Assembly: GCA_052327205.1 (NCBI GenBank) | Contig: CM126206.1 | Coordinates: forward strand, 210,304,001 to 210,368,000 | Source: Somniosus microcephalus | Lineage: Eukaryota | Length of the DNA: 64,000 nt | Direction: 5' to 3' | Shown here: piece by piece, positions 23,483 through 36,689 of the stretch | How positions within the stretch are numbered: position 1 is the stretch's first letter | Layout: each line of letters begins with the position of its first letter | Program-made: the position numbers and the translations under genes | Notes under the pieces: model-generated | The model's input: the letters and a program-made list of their open reading frames with translations, nothing else | Told to the model about the DNA's origin: nothing | The model's database searches: none

Positions 23483-26400
23483 CACAATGTGTATTCAAAG
23501 GATCAAATATGTAAATGTTTATCTAAACTGCGTAATCATATACGTATACACAATGTAGATATTCTGTGGGAACCGATGAAAAGATAAAGTATAGTTATGG
23601 GGTTCTTTTCTAGAAATACTGAATCCCTGACCTTTCCTTCATCAAGCAGGGAGCTATATATTCCCCAAACGTAGAGATTGTCTTGTTTCTGCATTTAACA
23701 AACAAGCTGTGTGTGTGTTAGAGAGAGAGGGAGTTCAATACTTTCTGAAGAGAACTGTGTGGAATTGTCTTTCAGAAGATCTTTTTCTATGGTTGGGGCT
23801 GCCATCGTACATGTATGTAAGCTGATGCAATTTTATGGGGGGGCGGCGGTTATGGGGGTGCATTTTACAAATGTTTCCTCAAGAAGCCTTTTCACGAAAG
23901 AAAGACATGCTATGCAGTGTAAAACCCATCTGTTCCATAGGTCAAACATAAATTATCAATAAATTCTTCAATTTCTGTCACAACGGAGGGTTTAATCTGA
24001 AATCGCAGTGAATCAGTTTCCCCTCCAAAATCTCTGTTACAATGAATAAATATGATTGGCCAGTCTAAATATAAATGCAAGGTCTTTGCTCTTTCTTACA
24101 TTAAGCTATTGCCAAAGTTTTGGTTGAGGCACTTAACCCAGAGCTATCACATATCATATCTATACCTACCCTTTAACACGCCGTCTCATTAATCAGTGGC
24201 TAAAATAAAAAGTAGCTACTGTACGGTTTCGCCAACAATTCTCTGAAGCGTATCGCGGGAAAAAAATACAAATGTAAAACAGCTAAAAAGTTGTGAGTAG
24301 TAAAATAAAGAGATGGTCGCCATAAAATCTGGAATGCGACGTGCTTACGTTTCATCTGTGCTAAGGGCACCGAAAGGACAGCACATTTTTCAATAGCAAT
24401 CTATGCTAGTTTGTCTTTTGGACACAATAGAATTTTCCCTAAGCATTGCAAATGAGCTTCTTCAACAAATCCAGAGCAGGACGTACTGATAGTTTAACGT
24501 AGTTTCCTATTTGTAAACCTGCGCAGCTGCATATTATGTGGTGAAGCTTCTCGGGCCCCCTTTCAGCGAATTTAGGGGGCTCCGCAGCATTGTGATTTCC
24601 TATTTATGAGCAAAGTAACAGATAATTGATTTGGCGTTCATTAGCGCAGTAAAAGATCTTAAAGAGTAAGCCTTAATGCTGCTTCTTTTGTATATGAACA
24701 CGATACGTTACAGTACAAATCACTATGAGCAAAATAAATAGAAATGCATGTGTGATAATATCGTCATGCACATGATAATTTAATATTACCCAATATTGAA
24801 GCTGGATAAATATTTTACAGACTGGTTTTCTTTTTAAATTATATTTACTGTATCTGTCTGACTTTTAGCGATCTAGTTAGTTATCAAACAGAATCCTTTG
24901 CATTCTATATATTGCTATGAAGGTTTTTTAACAGAAAGTAATACACTTATATAGGTTTCAGTGGTTGTATCATATTCATATTTTATTTCTTGCATTTGTT
25001 TTGCATGATGTCCTTTGGTACTCACCATTTATGAAATTAACTGCTATTCAGCAGGCAAAAAAATACAACGTAAGGACGCAAATTGTTACTAAATAGTCTG
25101 CCAAGAATTTCCCAGCATTAAAGTTTTAGCTGCAACATGACTTTGTAGAAATAGAGGACTCGTTAAGTCTTCCTGGAATGGATTCATTAATAACTGCTGT
25201 GTTTACTTGAATGCAAGATATTGCAATACACAGCTGAAGGATTGCATTGATATCATTCCATCATACTATAGTCGGTATGGGGAGAAAAAACACATGAACC
25301 CACTAAATAAACCCATTGTGTTTTATTTTTTTTTATCAGAGACAGGTCGTTTCATAAAATAAGGGACAAAAGTAATTATCAGCAACACACTACTTCTCTA
25401 CATAACATATTATTACATAACAGTAATAATAGCAATATGAATTACATATATATATGTATTTGTATTTGTCAACGTCGTAGTTCTCTTGAAGAAATTGACA
25501 CGTTGGAGCAAATCTTTTAAACAAAGTGCACATAGAATCAATACACAAAAGCAAAATTAAACAATATTTATTATTTTATCCGTCTTCATTTGATATTTTG
25601 TTATTGCTTCATTTAATGCTTGCAGTTACGATATAAGCTAATTAATATTGCACTTTTTTCTTAGAGGAGTGTCATTAAAATAATCTGTCTTTGGCACAGA
25701 AAAAAATATGCACCACCCTTCCCATTTTTACCAAAATATGCAATTTGAATAGTGGGTTATTTCCTTGTTCCAGGGTTTTGTGTTGCTTAAATCTAAGAGG
25801 GTATGTATTCAGGAAAGAGAGAGAGAGAGAGAATTACAGGAAAATGTATCTGCACACTCTGCGACTCACCAGCAGAGCTCGCTTTAGACCAAGTTCACAG
25901 TCATATGATATTAGCATGGACTGGGAGCTCACGCGTCCATTGTTCTATCAGTGCAACAGAAAAGGACGGAAATACTAAAATAGACTCATAAGCTTAATGA
26001 ATTGTTTTTTTTTGCTGTACTATCTATAATTACATCGGTTGGCCGCTTCAGTAAAAACTTACCCACTTTGGCATATCCAACTAAATGGAAGAGCACTTGA
26101 ATAAACAGCTTGCAGACAGTTGAGGTTCATGCCATTTTTGAGATTAAAGAAAGGTTTCACTTATGGGGGGACGGGGACGGAGGGTGGGGGCGGACGAGCA
26201 GGGGGGTGGGGACGATGCCTTCACCATTCCCAAACCTGAAATTAGCAGTACATCATGAAAATAGTGAACGAAAGGGGATATTATTTGAGTCCTCAGTGGT
26301 GCTTTGAAAAAAGGCTCCCTGTACCGTGGTTGGTAGGGCGGTACAACTGTAGGTCAAAAAGTTGAGGGTCAAAAGTTTACGTCTTGCACGACTTGTAATC

Positions 26401-28780
26401 ATCTGCTCAGACAGAGTTTGATGTCAATGTTATAGTGCGATCTTGACTATCAGCACAAAAGATAAAATAGCTTTGAGTTACTCGTGTATCATACTATGGA
26501 CTCCAGGTGAACCCTAGCGACTGAACGACCTCAATTACTGACGAAAGGAAAGAAAAAAATATTCTTTTCATGATCGAGACACGTTGTATTTCATCTTGAA
26601 AAATCGACCACGGTAATTTTTCTATCTGCTGTGTATGTGCAGCAGGTAAACATTTAGCAACTGTACAAAAAATTAAGAGACTTTTCACGTAAAAAGAAAT
26701 CGAATTGTTTTATTTAGATTCGCCTTTTTACGCGTCGAATGTCGCTTTTTAGAGATTGGAATACAGCAGCCGTCTGCCTATCAAATTACACCACACAACA
26801 GTGTACACCGTCTAACTCAAGGCAAAGATCGGCATCAATTGGTTTAGATTCACAAACATTTCCCCAGATTCTGAACCCGTTTTAAAAATACCGAAACACT
26901 GGTGCTAATTTAGAATGAATGAACATTTCAAAAGTACATATGTTTGAATTGATATCTAATTTAAATCATCTAGTTTGAAATATATATGACCTATTTTGTA
27001 TTTCTTTCAGTTCCGTTTAAATGGTACAAGAATACTCGCAGGCTCGCCTCGATAGAATGTCTGACATTTGAAAAAAAAGTTCCTTGTCTAAAATGTAGGA
27101 ATAATATTTATGTAAAGGTACTCAAGCGCTTTTATTCATTTTAATAACTATCTGACAGTGCCTTTCCCTCTTATTTTCTCACTGCTAAAATACATTTCAA
27201 CAATAATATAAAAAACCGTCAGCCTAACAAACATTGTAACGTTATTCCTAATGTAAATAAAATGTTACAATTTAAAATTAGCTGTGGCTCCTAAGGTTTA
27301 AAGTAAACGACTGAAGCCCATTCAACGTGGTTTGAGAGAGTTTAGCATGTAAGAACAAGGACAAATTTTGTTTGTGGCATCATATCCTTTACAGATTATT
27401 GTAACCCAGATATAACATTTGATATCAAACGTAATCGTTTAGCTGCACCTTTTCCGTTTAGTTGCAATCAAGATAAGGGTCAAATGTACTTCACTTAAAG
27501 ATGCTACAAGAAAGTGTAAAGCCATATGAGCTTATAAAGTTTTAATTTTATATCACTTCATTCTCACTCTCTATATTAGACATATTGCGAGTAACGAGAT
27601 ACAACATTTCTTACATATCTATTTCGTAGGGCAATAGTATTGTTCTTCTACTCTGTGGACCTGGAGAATGCGAACCTTCGAAAACATAATAATTCGCACA
27701 CAGGTAATGGATCAGTAAATAAAAAGAACACAATATGCAGAGATAAACGAAAATAATGTTTATTCCGAGCTGTTCACAATATACATCATATCCTAAAAGT
27801 TGCAAAAGACCAATCATTTAATAGCTGAGGCTACAAGAAATGCATTATTCAATAGGTTAAGAAGCCATGTTTATTCGCAGTCCATAGATATTTTCCAAAA
27901 AATCGCATTCCACTTGAAATGTACATTGATTTAAAATACAGACTTATGCATGTATGGATAGATAGGGAGAGAGGTTGACAGAGAAATAAACAGACGGATA
28001 GAAATGTCGTAGATTTAGATGAAAGAGTACTGCATTTTATAGTAGAGAAAATAATAAAAAAATCCATTATATATAATCTGACCTTTTTTCTCCTTGAGAA
28101 AATGGGAAACTTATTTCAAACGAATAATTTCGTTTTGCTAAATTGACACTTGTTACTAGAATAGTTTGTAAGACATTGAAACGTATTCATAAGCGGTAAA
28201 CCATGGATTAGGGTCATTAGGTTGATGAAATTGAAAAATATGGATTCTTGTCAATGTTTTAAAACTGAAGATTGCAAATTAAATATAATTTTGCCCTAAA
28301 ACAACAAAATTATTTTAGGACTCGATTTAAAAAAAAATCAGCCTGCTTAAGTTTGGAACCCTGTAGCACACAGATGGAGGCACAAAGGAGAGATTTGAAA
28401 TGAAATGCAGATGTATTGGTAAAACAAGGCAGCCCTTTGTGTAACTTTTTTTGCAAGTTAAATTAATTTCAAATTCCAAAAACAAATTGTCTAATTACAG
28501 AAGCCGTTAAATGTTATTCAATATGTCTCCACTTTAATTGCTTTCTGTGAGTCATCAAACAAAACATTACACATCTATTGATTTTTACTGGAAACCGGGC
28601 GCATTTTATTTACAAACATTTAAAGACGGTTACCGAATGGGCTATTGAAACACTCAGGGCTGCATAGAAACCACTCATTTTGCCTAGTTTCCCCCTCCAC
28701 AAAGGTAATGACCTGGGCAAAACACCCTGATATTTGAAAGAGCACTATAGGCCTTTTAGAAATGGCTAAGTCCAAGGCCG

Positions 28781-28797
28781 AGGTGAAATTCAGGTCA
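28781..28797 (+). promoter_or_regulatory. HoxA4 5' DR5 retinoic acid response element
   Basis: AGGTGA-AATTC-AGGTCA about 2.9 kb upstream of the HoxA4 ATG, followed by a conserved-looking block (TAACAAATATGAAAATGTC...AACAAAGACTGTCAATG). Confidence 0.9.
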
Positions 28798-31554
28798 CCG
28801 CGTCTAACAAATATGAAAATGTCGCCTCACGAATGGCACGCCTTGTTACTTAACAAAGACTGTCAATGTATAAGATTAATAAGAAACAAAATGCACACGG
28901 TGTCACTTTTCGGTCACTTCCAAACTTAGCTTAGCGTATCCCTTACGAAATCTCATTTCATTGAATAAAATCTTTTGTTTTGTTTCCCGTGTTGAAGTCC
29001 AATAAACGCACAGTTGTGCAGCTCTGTGGGATGTGGTGCAAACCTGCTCGAAGATGCATCTTCCAAATGTACATTTTATTTGTTTTATTTTGTTTGTGAG
29101 TCGGACACCGGCTGTTTTAGCCATATGTCCAAGACAGAATTCGAAAACAATCACATTTTCACCATGGTACAATCTATCTGATAAACCCCGAGCAGTGCTG
29201 ACGGATTCAGACGGTAAATGAAGAAATTATGACACTCTTTATCATCTAAACTGCTGATTTGCTGTTCGGAGGAGAATTAAAACTGGTAAAGTCTAATTTC
29301 TGATTTATCAAACCGCGAAAGAAATCTTCCCTTCAATGCTTCAGGTCTTGGATGATCTTTTATGTAAAACAGATTTCATAATCTCGACACTTTCTAAAGT
29401 GTAAATTTGATACAAGCTCTTAAAACACACACGTTTTCGAAATGTCGTAAAAAGAGTTAACTTTGCCTTTCGCTTTAAAATGGCTGTAAATCTACCCTTG
29501 CAGTAAAAATGTCAAATGTGCACGCAGGCGAGGTAACACTTGGGGGTCCTGGCTCCATCTCTGTTTATTATGAAAAAACTGCAGAGGCGACTGACCTGCA
29601 TTTGCTCGTTCTCAGTAATGCCTCGTGTTTATGCGATAAGAACCTTTATATCCCATTTTTCTACAAACCGCTTAAATACACACATTGCCCCAGCTAATTG
29701 CTCGACTGCGTTTACAGGCAAGTTACGTGGTCAGAGCAAAACGATGCACATCACCCCTGTCAAAGAGAAAAAAAACACATTTTTGGAAAGTTGAATTTTA
29801 TGGGCATTTTTTTGCGAAAAGGGAGTTTTTAGTAACATCATTTGGACCAGTTTCGTAACCTATTATGACTGACCTAAATATAAACATTTACTCAAGATGT
29901 TCTTGGTGAATAAACCAAATCGTACAAAATATTAAGTCTGTTACCATGCAAATCTTCCCTACATAGTCCCTTTGTATAGTGAGTAGTGGAAATAAACGTG
30001 TTCATTACACCGAAAGGCAACTGATTTTACTGCTAGATATTTATTTGAAAGCGTTCTAATGGACGATTACACTGTGCAGCAAAACAGGGTGGGTTGGTAA
30101 ATGTACCCTACAAACTATGTGTTGTAATGGTTGAAGAGGGTTCATTCTAATGAAATGTTAGCTTGTATGTCCGGATACAGTATATCGTCCAAACATTAAA
30201 ACAGGGTTTTATAATGCGTCCTTGATTGACAAGAGCTCATGTTGTGAATCGATTATATTTCAGGGAAGAAAGCATATTGCATATGACTACTTTGAAAAAA
30301 TAACGTGCAGTGCACCTAAATTGTCACTTTTCTATTTAGTCAATTTCATATTGCGTGCCGTTTGAGGTAGATATTAATTCAAACATAAAACATTATGTAA
30401 TTTTAATCACGTTAACTAATATGACAAGCTAATTAGTTTGCAAAATTTTACGGCAGGGTATCTTTGCTTCTGAAAAAAGGAAGTAAACATTAGAAGGCGT
30501 TACCAATTACTGCTGGTGTTTTACATGTTTCTGAAACGGATTACATTTATTGAAGTAACAAATTATACTATATGCAGACTTAATCGTGTGAATATGTTAG
30601 AATCACCTGAAATGTAATTGATGTATTCAGGATTTAGTTATGTAAGGAGTTTGAAATGAGCAGTTTTGTTCCAAAATTCAAATGTACAACACAAGATGTG
30701 TGTTACATGCCTTAGAATAGAGCTCCATTCAAATTAATCGTTTTACTAAATAGTTGTGTGTTTGTGCATTTAAAAAAATGCGATCAGTATCTACTTTTAC
30801 TGGGTATCTCAACTAATAGAATGTTCGTTTCTATAATTTTATTTTATGCAGATGAATTAAAGAAGAGCTAAAAATAATCTCGCAGAACAGTATTTTGCTA
30901 AATAAGTCACATTGCAATCGAACAAGTAAATGATAGTATATTGTAATCAAAATTTATTATGCCGAGTAAGAATCTCAATTGATTACATAAATGCAGTAAA
31001 TGGACAAAATCCTCTAACGTTGCCTTAGTTATTTAGCACTTCGGCATATACTTTGAATATACATTAAGCTCTGCAATGAGATATTCGATCTTATCTAAGA
31101 CTTAAAAATACTCGTGTTTTATTAAAATAAACCAAGTATTTTCGCAATTTTATTGAAATTCTTCTTGTAAGGGCTGAATCTCAGAATGCCTTTGACAGAA
31201 TCTATTACAGCAGAAAGGGCAAGCGAGTGTGTTGAACTCTCGTAGTTATTTTCCCAACAGTCTTATATTTTTCCCCGAGAAAGCACTGAAACATGTTTTG
31301 TAGGGAAGCATTCTCAGAAAAGAGTAAACTATTTCGGACAGTAGCAGATCTCTAGCTGATACTATCTTGTGATTTTTTTCCCGTCAACATACATTTTCAA
31401 ATATTAGCATTCGATAAAACATCATTACCCATTTAGATGATTTTAAAATTAGTGTTTTCCTGATTGTTGCCGTTTCTTTTCTTTCTATGCGACAACATAA
31501 TTTCAGGGGAAACGAGATTTTGAATGATAATATGGAATTTTTGACTGGACTCCA

Positions 31555-31725
31555 TGCATTCATCATTGGTGTATTTCCTTATCCGGGGCCCACAGCCACT
31601 CATCCCATTGGCTGCTTACATCACATGGACAGCTAACTTTATACACTTGACAGCAAGTAGGAGGGTTTTATGGAACAGAAAAACGACAACGCGAGAAAAA
31701 TTAGTATTTTGCACTTCAGAAATTA
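31555..31725 (+). promoter_or_regulatory. HoxA4 promoter/5'UTR
   Basis: Two CATTGG boxes, TCACATGG, TGACAG, TTTTATGG, and the Hox4-typical leader GAAAAATTAGTATTTTGCACTTCAGAAATTAATG. Confidence 0.75.
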
Positions 31726-32143
31726 ATGACCATGAGTTCGTTTTTGATAAACTCCAACTACGTTGAGCCAAAATTTCCACCTTGTGAGGAATATTCTCAA
31801 AATAACTACATACCAAGCCAATCTCCTGAATACTACGAGCGGCCGCGGGACCCTGGATTCCATCATGAGGCACTATACCCACAATCAAACTACCCAGAGC
31901 CGACCTACAGCTTCAACAATGTCCAAGGCACTGGCAACCAAGACATGTCGCAAAGGGGTCATGTGCAGTCGCAGGCTAGCCTCCAAAATCACATACCGAG
32001 ACAGAATCAGCTTTGTGAAGTGGTCCCAATAGCCACACCAGCTTTGTGTAGCCAGAATGCGAAAAATCCCACTGCCCAGAAAGGTACTCTCAGCAAAGAG
32101 CCCATAGTTTACCCGTGGATGAAGAAAATTCACGTTACCACCG
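31726..32143 (+). CDS. hoxa4: HoxA4 coding exon 1 (join 31726..32143,32497..32822; 247 aa)
   Basis: MTMSSFLINSNYVEPKFPPCEEYSQ...EPIVYPWMKKIHV; donor G|GTAAGT at 32144. Confidence 0.96.
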
Positions 32144-32226
32144 GTAAGTAACTAAAGCTAACTGAAACAATTAAAATTCACTTGGAATCGGATGTGCGGA
32201 ACCCTTTCTGTAACTAGCCCTTTCAT

Positions 32227-32280
32227 GAGATTTACGATCACCTAACTGTTAGGTCGGTAATTACAGCGCCCATAAATTTG
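32227..32280. promoter_or_regulatory. HB1/CR1-type conserved Hox4 intron element
   Basis: AGATTTACGA, TAATTAC and CCATAAATT in series near the 5' end of the intron, characteristic of Hox4 paralogues. Confidence 0.75.
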
Positions 32281-32496
32281 ATTGCCCTGGCTCTTGCTCC
32301 TGGCCATGTGTCTTTGATGCTTTTCTAACCTAAATACCCAGAGCCATTTTATTGAAGTAGATTGTTCTCCGTTGTCAGAGCACTTTGAAAAAAAAGTCTT
32401 GTCTTTTATAACCTTCATTCACGTGCATCTAATCCCATTGTCAGATTCGTGCCTGTGTCTGTATTTATGTTTGGTTACTTTTTTTGTTTTGTTCAG

Positions 32497-32822
32497 TGAA
32501 CCCAAATTACACTGGAGGAGAGCCCAAACGGTCTCGAACTGCTTATACGAGACAACAAGTCTTAGAGCTGGAGAAGGAGTTCCATTTTAACCGTTACCTA
32601 ACCAGGCGTCGACGCATTGAGATTGCACACACTCTTTGCCTGTCTGAACGCCAGGTGAAGATCTGGTTTCAGAACAGAAGGATGAAATGGAAGAAAGATC
32701 ACAAACTGCCTAACACTAAGATGCGTTCTGCTAGCTCATCATCTTCTACAAGCCAGCAAACACAAGTATCCTCCCAGGGCCCACAGCCAGATGGTTCAGC
32801 ACCAAATTCATCAAGCCTATAG
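32497..32822 (+). CDS. hoxa4: HoxA4 coding exon 2 (homeodomain)
   Basis: Acceptor TTGTTCAG|; [29 protein letters not shown]...[12 protein letters not shown]. Confidence 0.96.
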
Positions 32823-35415
32823 CTGCTTCGAGTCTCCAACCCCTCTCCCACAACATAGTTTGGACCAAAATGTGTTTGCCACATAACTGACTTGAATGTG
32901 GAGGGATTTCTTGCAGTGAGAATTTTCTTCCAGGGTAGATGCTGTTAACCCCAAAAGGACAGGCATTTCTATTGTGTTAACCCATTCTCTGCAGACTTTC
33001 AAAGTGTTTTCTGTTTGATTGGGTACATTCTGTATCCTTCATTACCTCCACATGAACCGATGCTTGGTTCTGTCAAAGTGGCTGCTTCCATGATATTCAA
33101 AACAAAAAGAGCAAAGGACAGTGAATAATAGATATTGTGAGGAACTGTAAGCGTCATAATTTCAACTAGTGTAGTCTGTTGGAATATTTGTGAGAATTTA
33201 AGAATAAATCTGTTTTAGAAAATGAGAAAGGCAGCAATATGTGTGGATGTGGAAAATGGTTTTAGAGCGAATAAACTGTCCAGATGCTACATATATAGAA
33301 AATAAATTATGTCGCCAGCGTTATTTAAGGTGTTTTTTTATTTTAAACCTGTATCCTCTATATAGTTGTGGTACTGATATCAGTATAACGAATGCGCAAG
33401 GATCTTATCCAGAGATTTCAGACGAGTCATTGTATATTTAACAATTTTGGTACAGTCCAAACTGTGACGAAACCGTACAAATCATTGGTAAGATTTGTGT
33501 ATTTTTCTGTGGATATTTCAGTGTGCTATGTGCAGTGCCAAATGTTGCTAAAACGAAAGACATAAATTACAGTGTAAAAATAAAGCCCCGGGCTTTAAAT
33601 AAAATGTTAATTCGTGGATCATCTCTGTTCGTATGTGTATAATTTACTTCCAGTCAGGATTTAGCAAACACACAGAGAATAAGACTTTTTCGACTCGAAA
33701 ACGTGACTATGCATATGTGTTTTGTTTTGACTATATTTTTGTTCATATTCTTATTTTCAAAATAAAACCATTTTATTTAAAACCCTACTGCCAAAATATC
33801 TCGTGTGGTTCTGGAGAATAACTCGGAGAAAGAGGATAAATTACTGCCTGGATCTACAAATCATCTTTCTACAGCCTTTCCACATCAAGTTCTACGTCAC
33901 CAAGTCGTAAATAATGCAGTAAAATGTGAGGCGATCAAATAATAAGTCATCTATAAGGTGGCGAACACGGCCTTTTATAGCCTTAAATGTTATATTTTTG
34001 ATCCTGGAATACAGTGAAGTCATGTGGGATTATTTTTAGCTTGACTTTCTCATACTGTTGTGCTTTCTCATACATTACAGAATTTAACGTGGCAATGACA
34101 TTTTAAACATAAAAAAATACAATCAATGCTTATTTTATTACTTGTAATATATGGCCAATAAAACATAAACTGCAGGAGTAAATATTCGAATATATACTGT
34201 GACGTAATTTTGTTAATCTTGGGGAAAAGGGCGCTAAACAATTTCACTGAACATAAACTTCTAGTTCTAAAATTATAGACTATGGTAAATTCTAATATGA
34301 TCAATGTTATTGATTGCTTGAAGACAGCACAAGTATCAGGCTTCCTGAAAAAAGTGTACATCGGAGATTTCTTTGTGCAACAAACAATGCACTTCTTCAA
34401 AACCATGTTATCGATTTTGATATATCTGTATGTCCTAGCAACCAGTTAAAAATCACAGCAGAAAAATTCGTTCATAGCTTTTCGTTTCCTCGTCAACTAG
34501 TATGGATAATCAGAACAAACAATATCAATGCACAGAATGCACCACGTTAGCGGTGGGAAAAATACACTTTTTTCCATTAAACATATTGGATGTATTTCCC
34601 CCTAAAACTATTTTGTCTAAAAACTGGAATGCTCTGTAATTATGTAAAATTGCTCACGAATAATGTATTCAGAACCTTCGGTAGGAATTACACGAAATAG
34701 ACACAATTTCCCCATTTCAGCTTCTTTACAGAGAGAGAGATATTTTGCTGCGAACTATACAAATATTTTGTTTTTACAAATGGCAAACAACAACTGCTAA
34801 CATTATCAGGCATAGACTTTCTTAAATATGTTTTGTATAATAGCTTTAAGACGAGTGCAAAAGTATATGGAAAGACAAAGAATAGTACGCTGAGAAAATT
34901 CAACCCCATTAGGCAGTCGTGCTTGCTTATCTGTAAAAGGAATTTTAAACAGATTGAAAATACCAGATTTTACCCAGAATCATTAATCACCTCATTCAAT
35001 AAATACTTCTTTGTATACTTCAACAGCAAGTCTGAAGGGCGTTCTTTTGGAAAAGTGTGTGTGGACACACTGGATTCTCCCGAATAAAATGTGGCCATCT
35101 CGACGCACACCATGTTTTCCCCCCCCTTGGAACAGTTCTGGAGTTTCTTGCTGGACAATGTTTATTACCACAGAAAATTATAAAACGCATATTGTCAAAG
35201 GCAAAGGTAATTTACAGTATTTAAAGCCAGTTTTGGAAAGTACAAGTTTATTAAAGCCTATCCTTTATATGATCAAACTTTAGGCGCCTTTAGCAAATGA
35301 AAACCCGTTTGCATCTTTATTTTCTTTCTCTTTGATGTTTTTAGTTTATTGTAAATCGAACGGTCTTTTGTAATAAAAAGTTGCATTGTTTGTCAACGGC
35401 TGGACAACCAGAGTG

Positions 35416-35432
35416 AGTTCACCAAGAGGACA
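35416..35432 (+). promoter_or_regulatory. Hox4 3' neural DR5 RARE
   Basis: AGTTCA-CCAAG-AGGACA about 2.6 kb downstream of the HoxA4 stop, same form as the Hoxa4/Hoxd4 3' RAREs. Confidence 0.85.
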
Positions 35433-36689
35433 AATTTTCTGACCGATTAGCCGTTTTTAGCGGTGCAGACTGACCCCTCAAACCCTTGACCTTTAAAAAG
35501 ATGGACAGTGCTCTTTCCACCATTTCCTAAGCCTGCAGATAGGAGTTTAAAGAATGTACCTCGTCATCAAAAATGTCTTTTAAAAAGTCCAAATAATATA
35601 TTTTTAAAACTCATGTTTAAGTATACGGCGATACTGAGAGAAAGGTTTATATATAGCGCATTTTACTGTGTGGCATGTGTTTGTGTATAGAATACTTGGC
35701 GATGATTTATTGATTTATACGTAAGCTCGAAAAGTCCGTTTAAATACAATCTTCGTACGTGGTAAGAAACAATGCTTATTTTAAATGGTTTAGCTAATAA
35801 CATTTTTATAGTTAATGGTCGTCACGATTTAAAAGAATGGATCCAATCCTTCAGTTGTTACTGTGAGATAATTCACCTATTAGGGGGCCTCCATTGTTCT
35901 GATTATTGAATAGAGGAGTAACTGGTATTTTTTCTATCAAACACATGCTTGCTTTCGAGAAACTATATCTGCGCCCGTAGCTCTTTGCAGCCAGTATTTT
36001 GGAAATGTATTCGTATTTGATTTACAAAATGATGCAACGTTTATTTTATCATTAAAAATATGTAAAGTAATGTGTAGATCTATGATTTCATCAAACTCAA
36101 AACACTACAGTTTGAGTTTAAAGCACAACTAATACAATAAACAAAATTGCCACCAACCATTACATTCACTGGGAGTATTTTTTAATCAACTGTTTGTACA
36201 ACACAATGTTCCTTGTCACCCTTACATGAACTAGCCTATGCACTATGGTAATCGTGGGCTTCCTAAGACTACCAGACACAATACAAAAACGAATACACAT
36301 TTGGGTGGTATAATAAAATATCGACTGTGGCTAGTGAGGGTCGATTCGGTGTCAAATTTAGCAGCCTTGCGGGGATGTAAAGTCATATATGAAAGAGTTT
36401 GCCTTACATGTGACTGTTATATATGCGGTCTCCTGTAACACTGAGCTTCAAAATCAAACTGTCAGGCGGACAATAAAGACAGCTTGAAGAAATGCCCACG
36501 AATATTGGACTGAGGCAGTTCGAACTATAGGTGACATAAATGGCAGATCTGTCAAATCTGGGATCAGCATAGGCCAGTCATTTTTGTATTACCACTTACC
36601 AGCAAGTATCCAAAGACTAAAAGAAAGCCAGAACAATAAAGATTCAAGTAAGAAGGGGCGCAAAGAGAAAAAAAACTCCACACTCCAAG

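Noticed and set aside
28358-28366. ACCCTGTAG, a 9-nt match to miR-10
   Set aside because: No complementary arm or further similarity, and it lies on the wrong side of the RARE.
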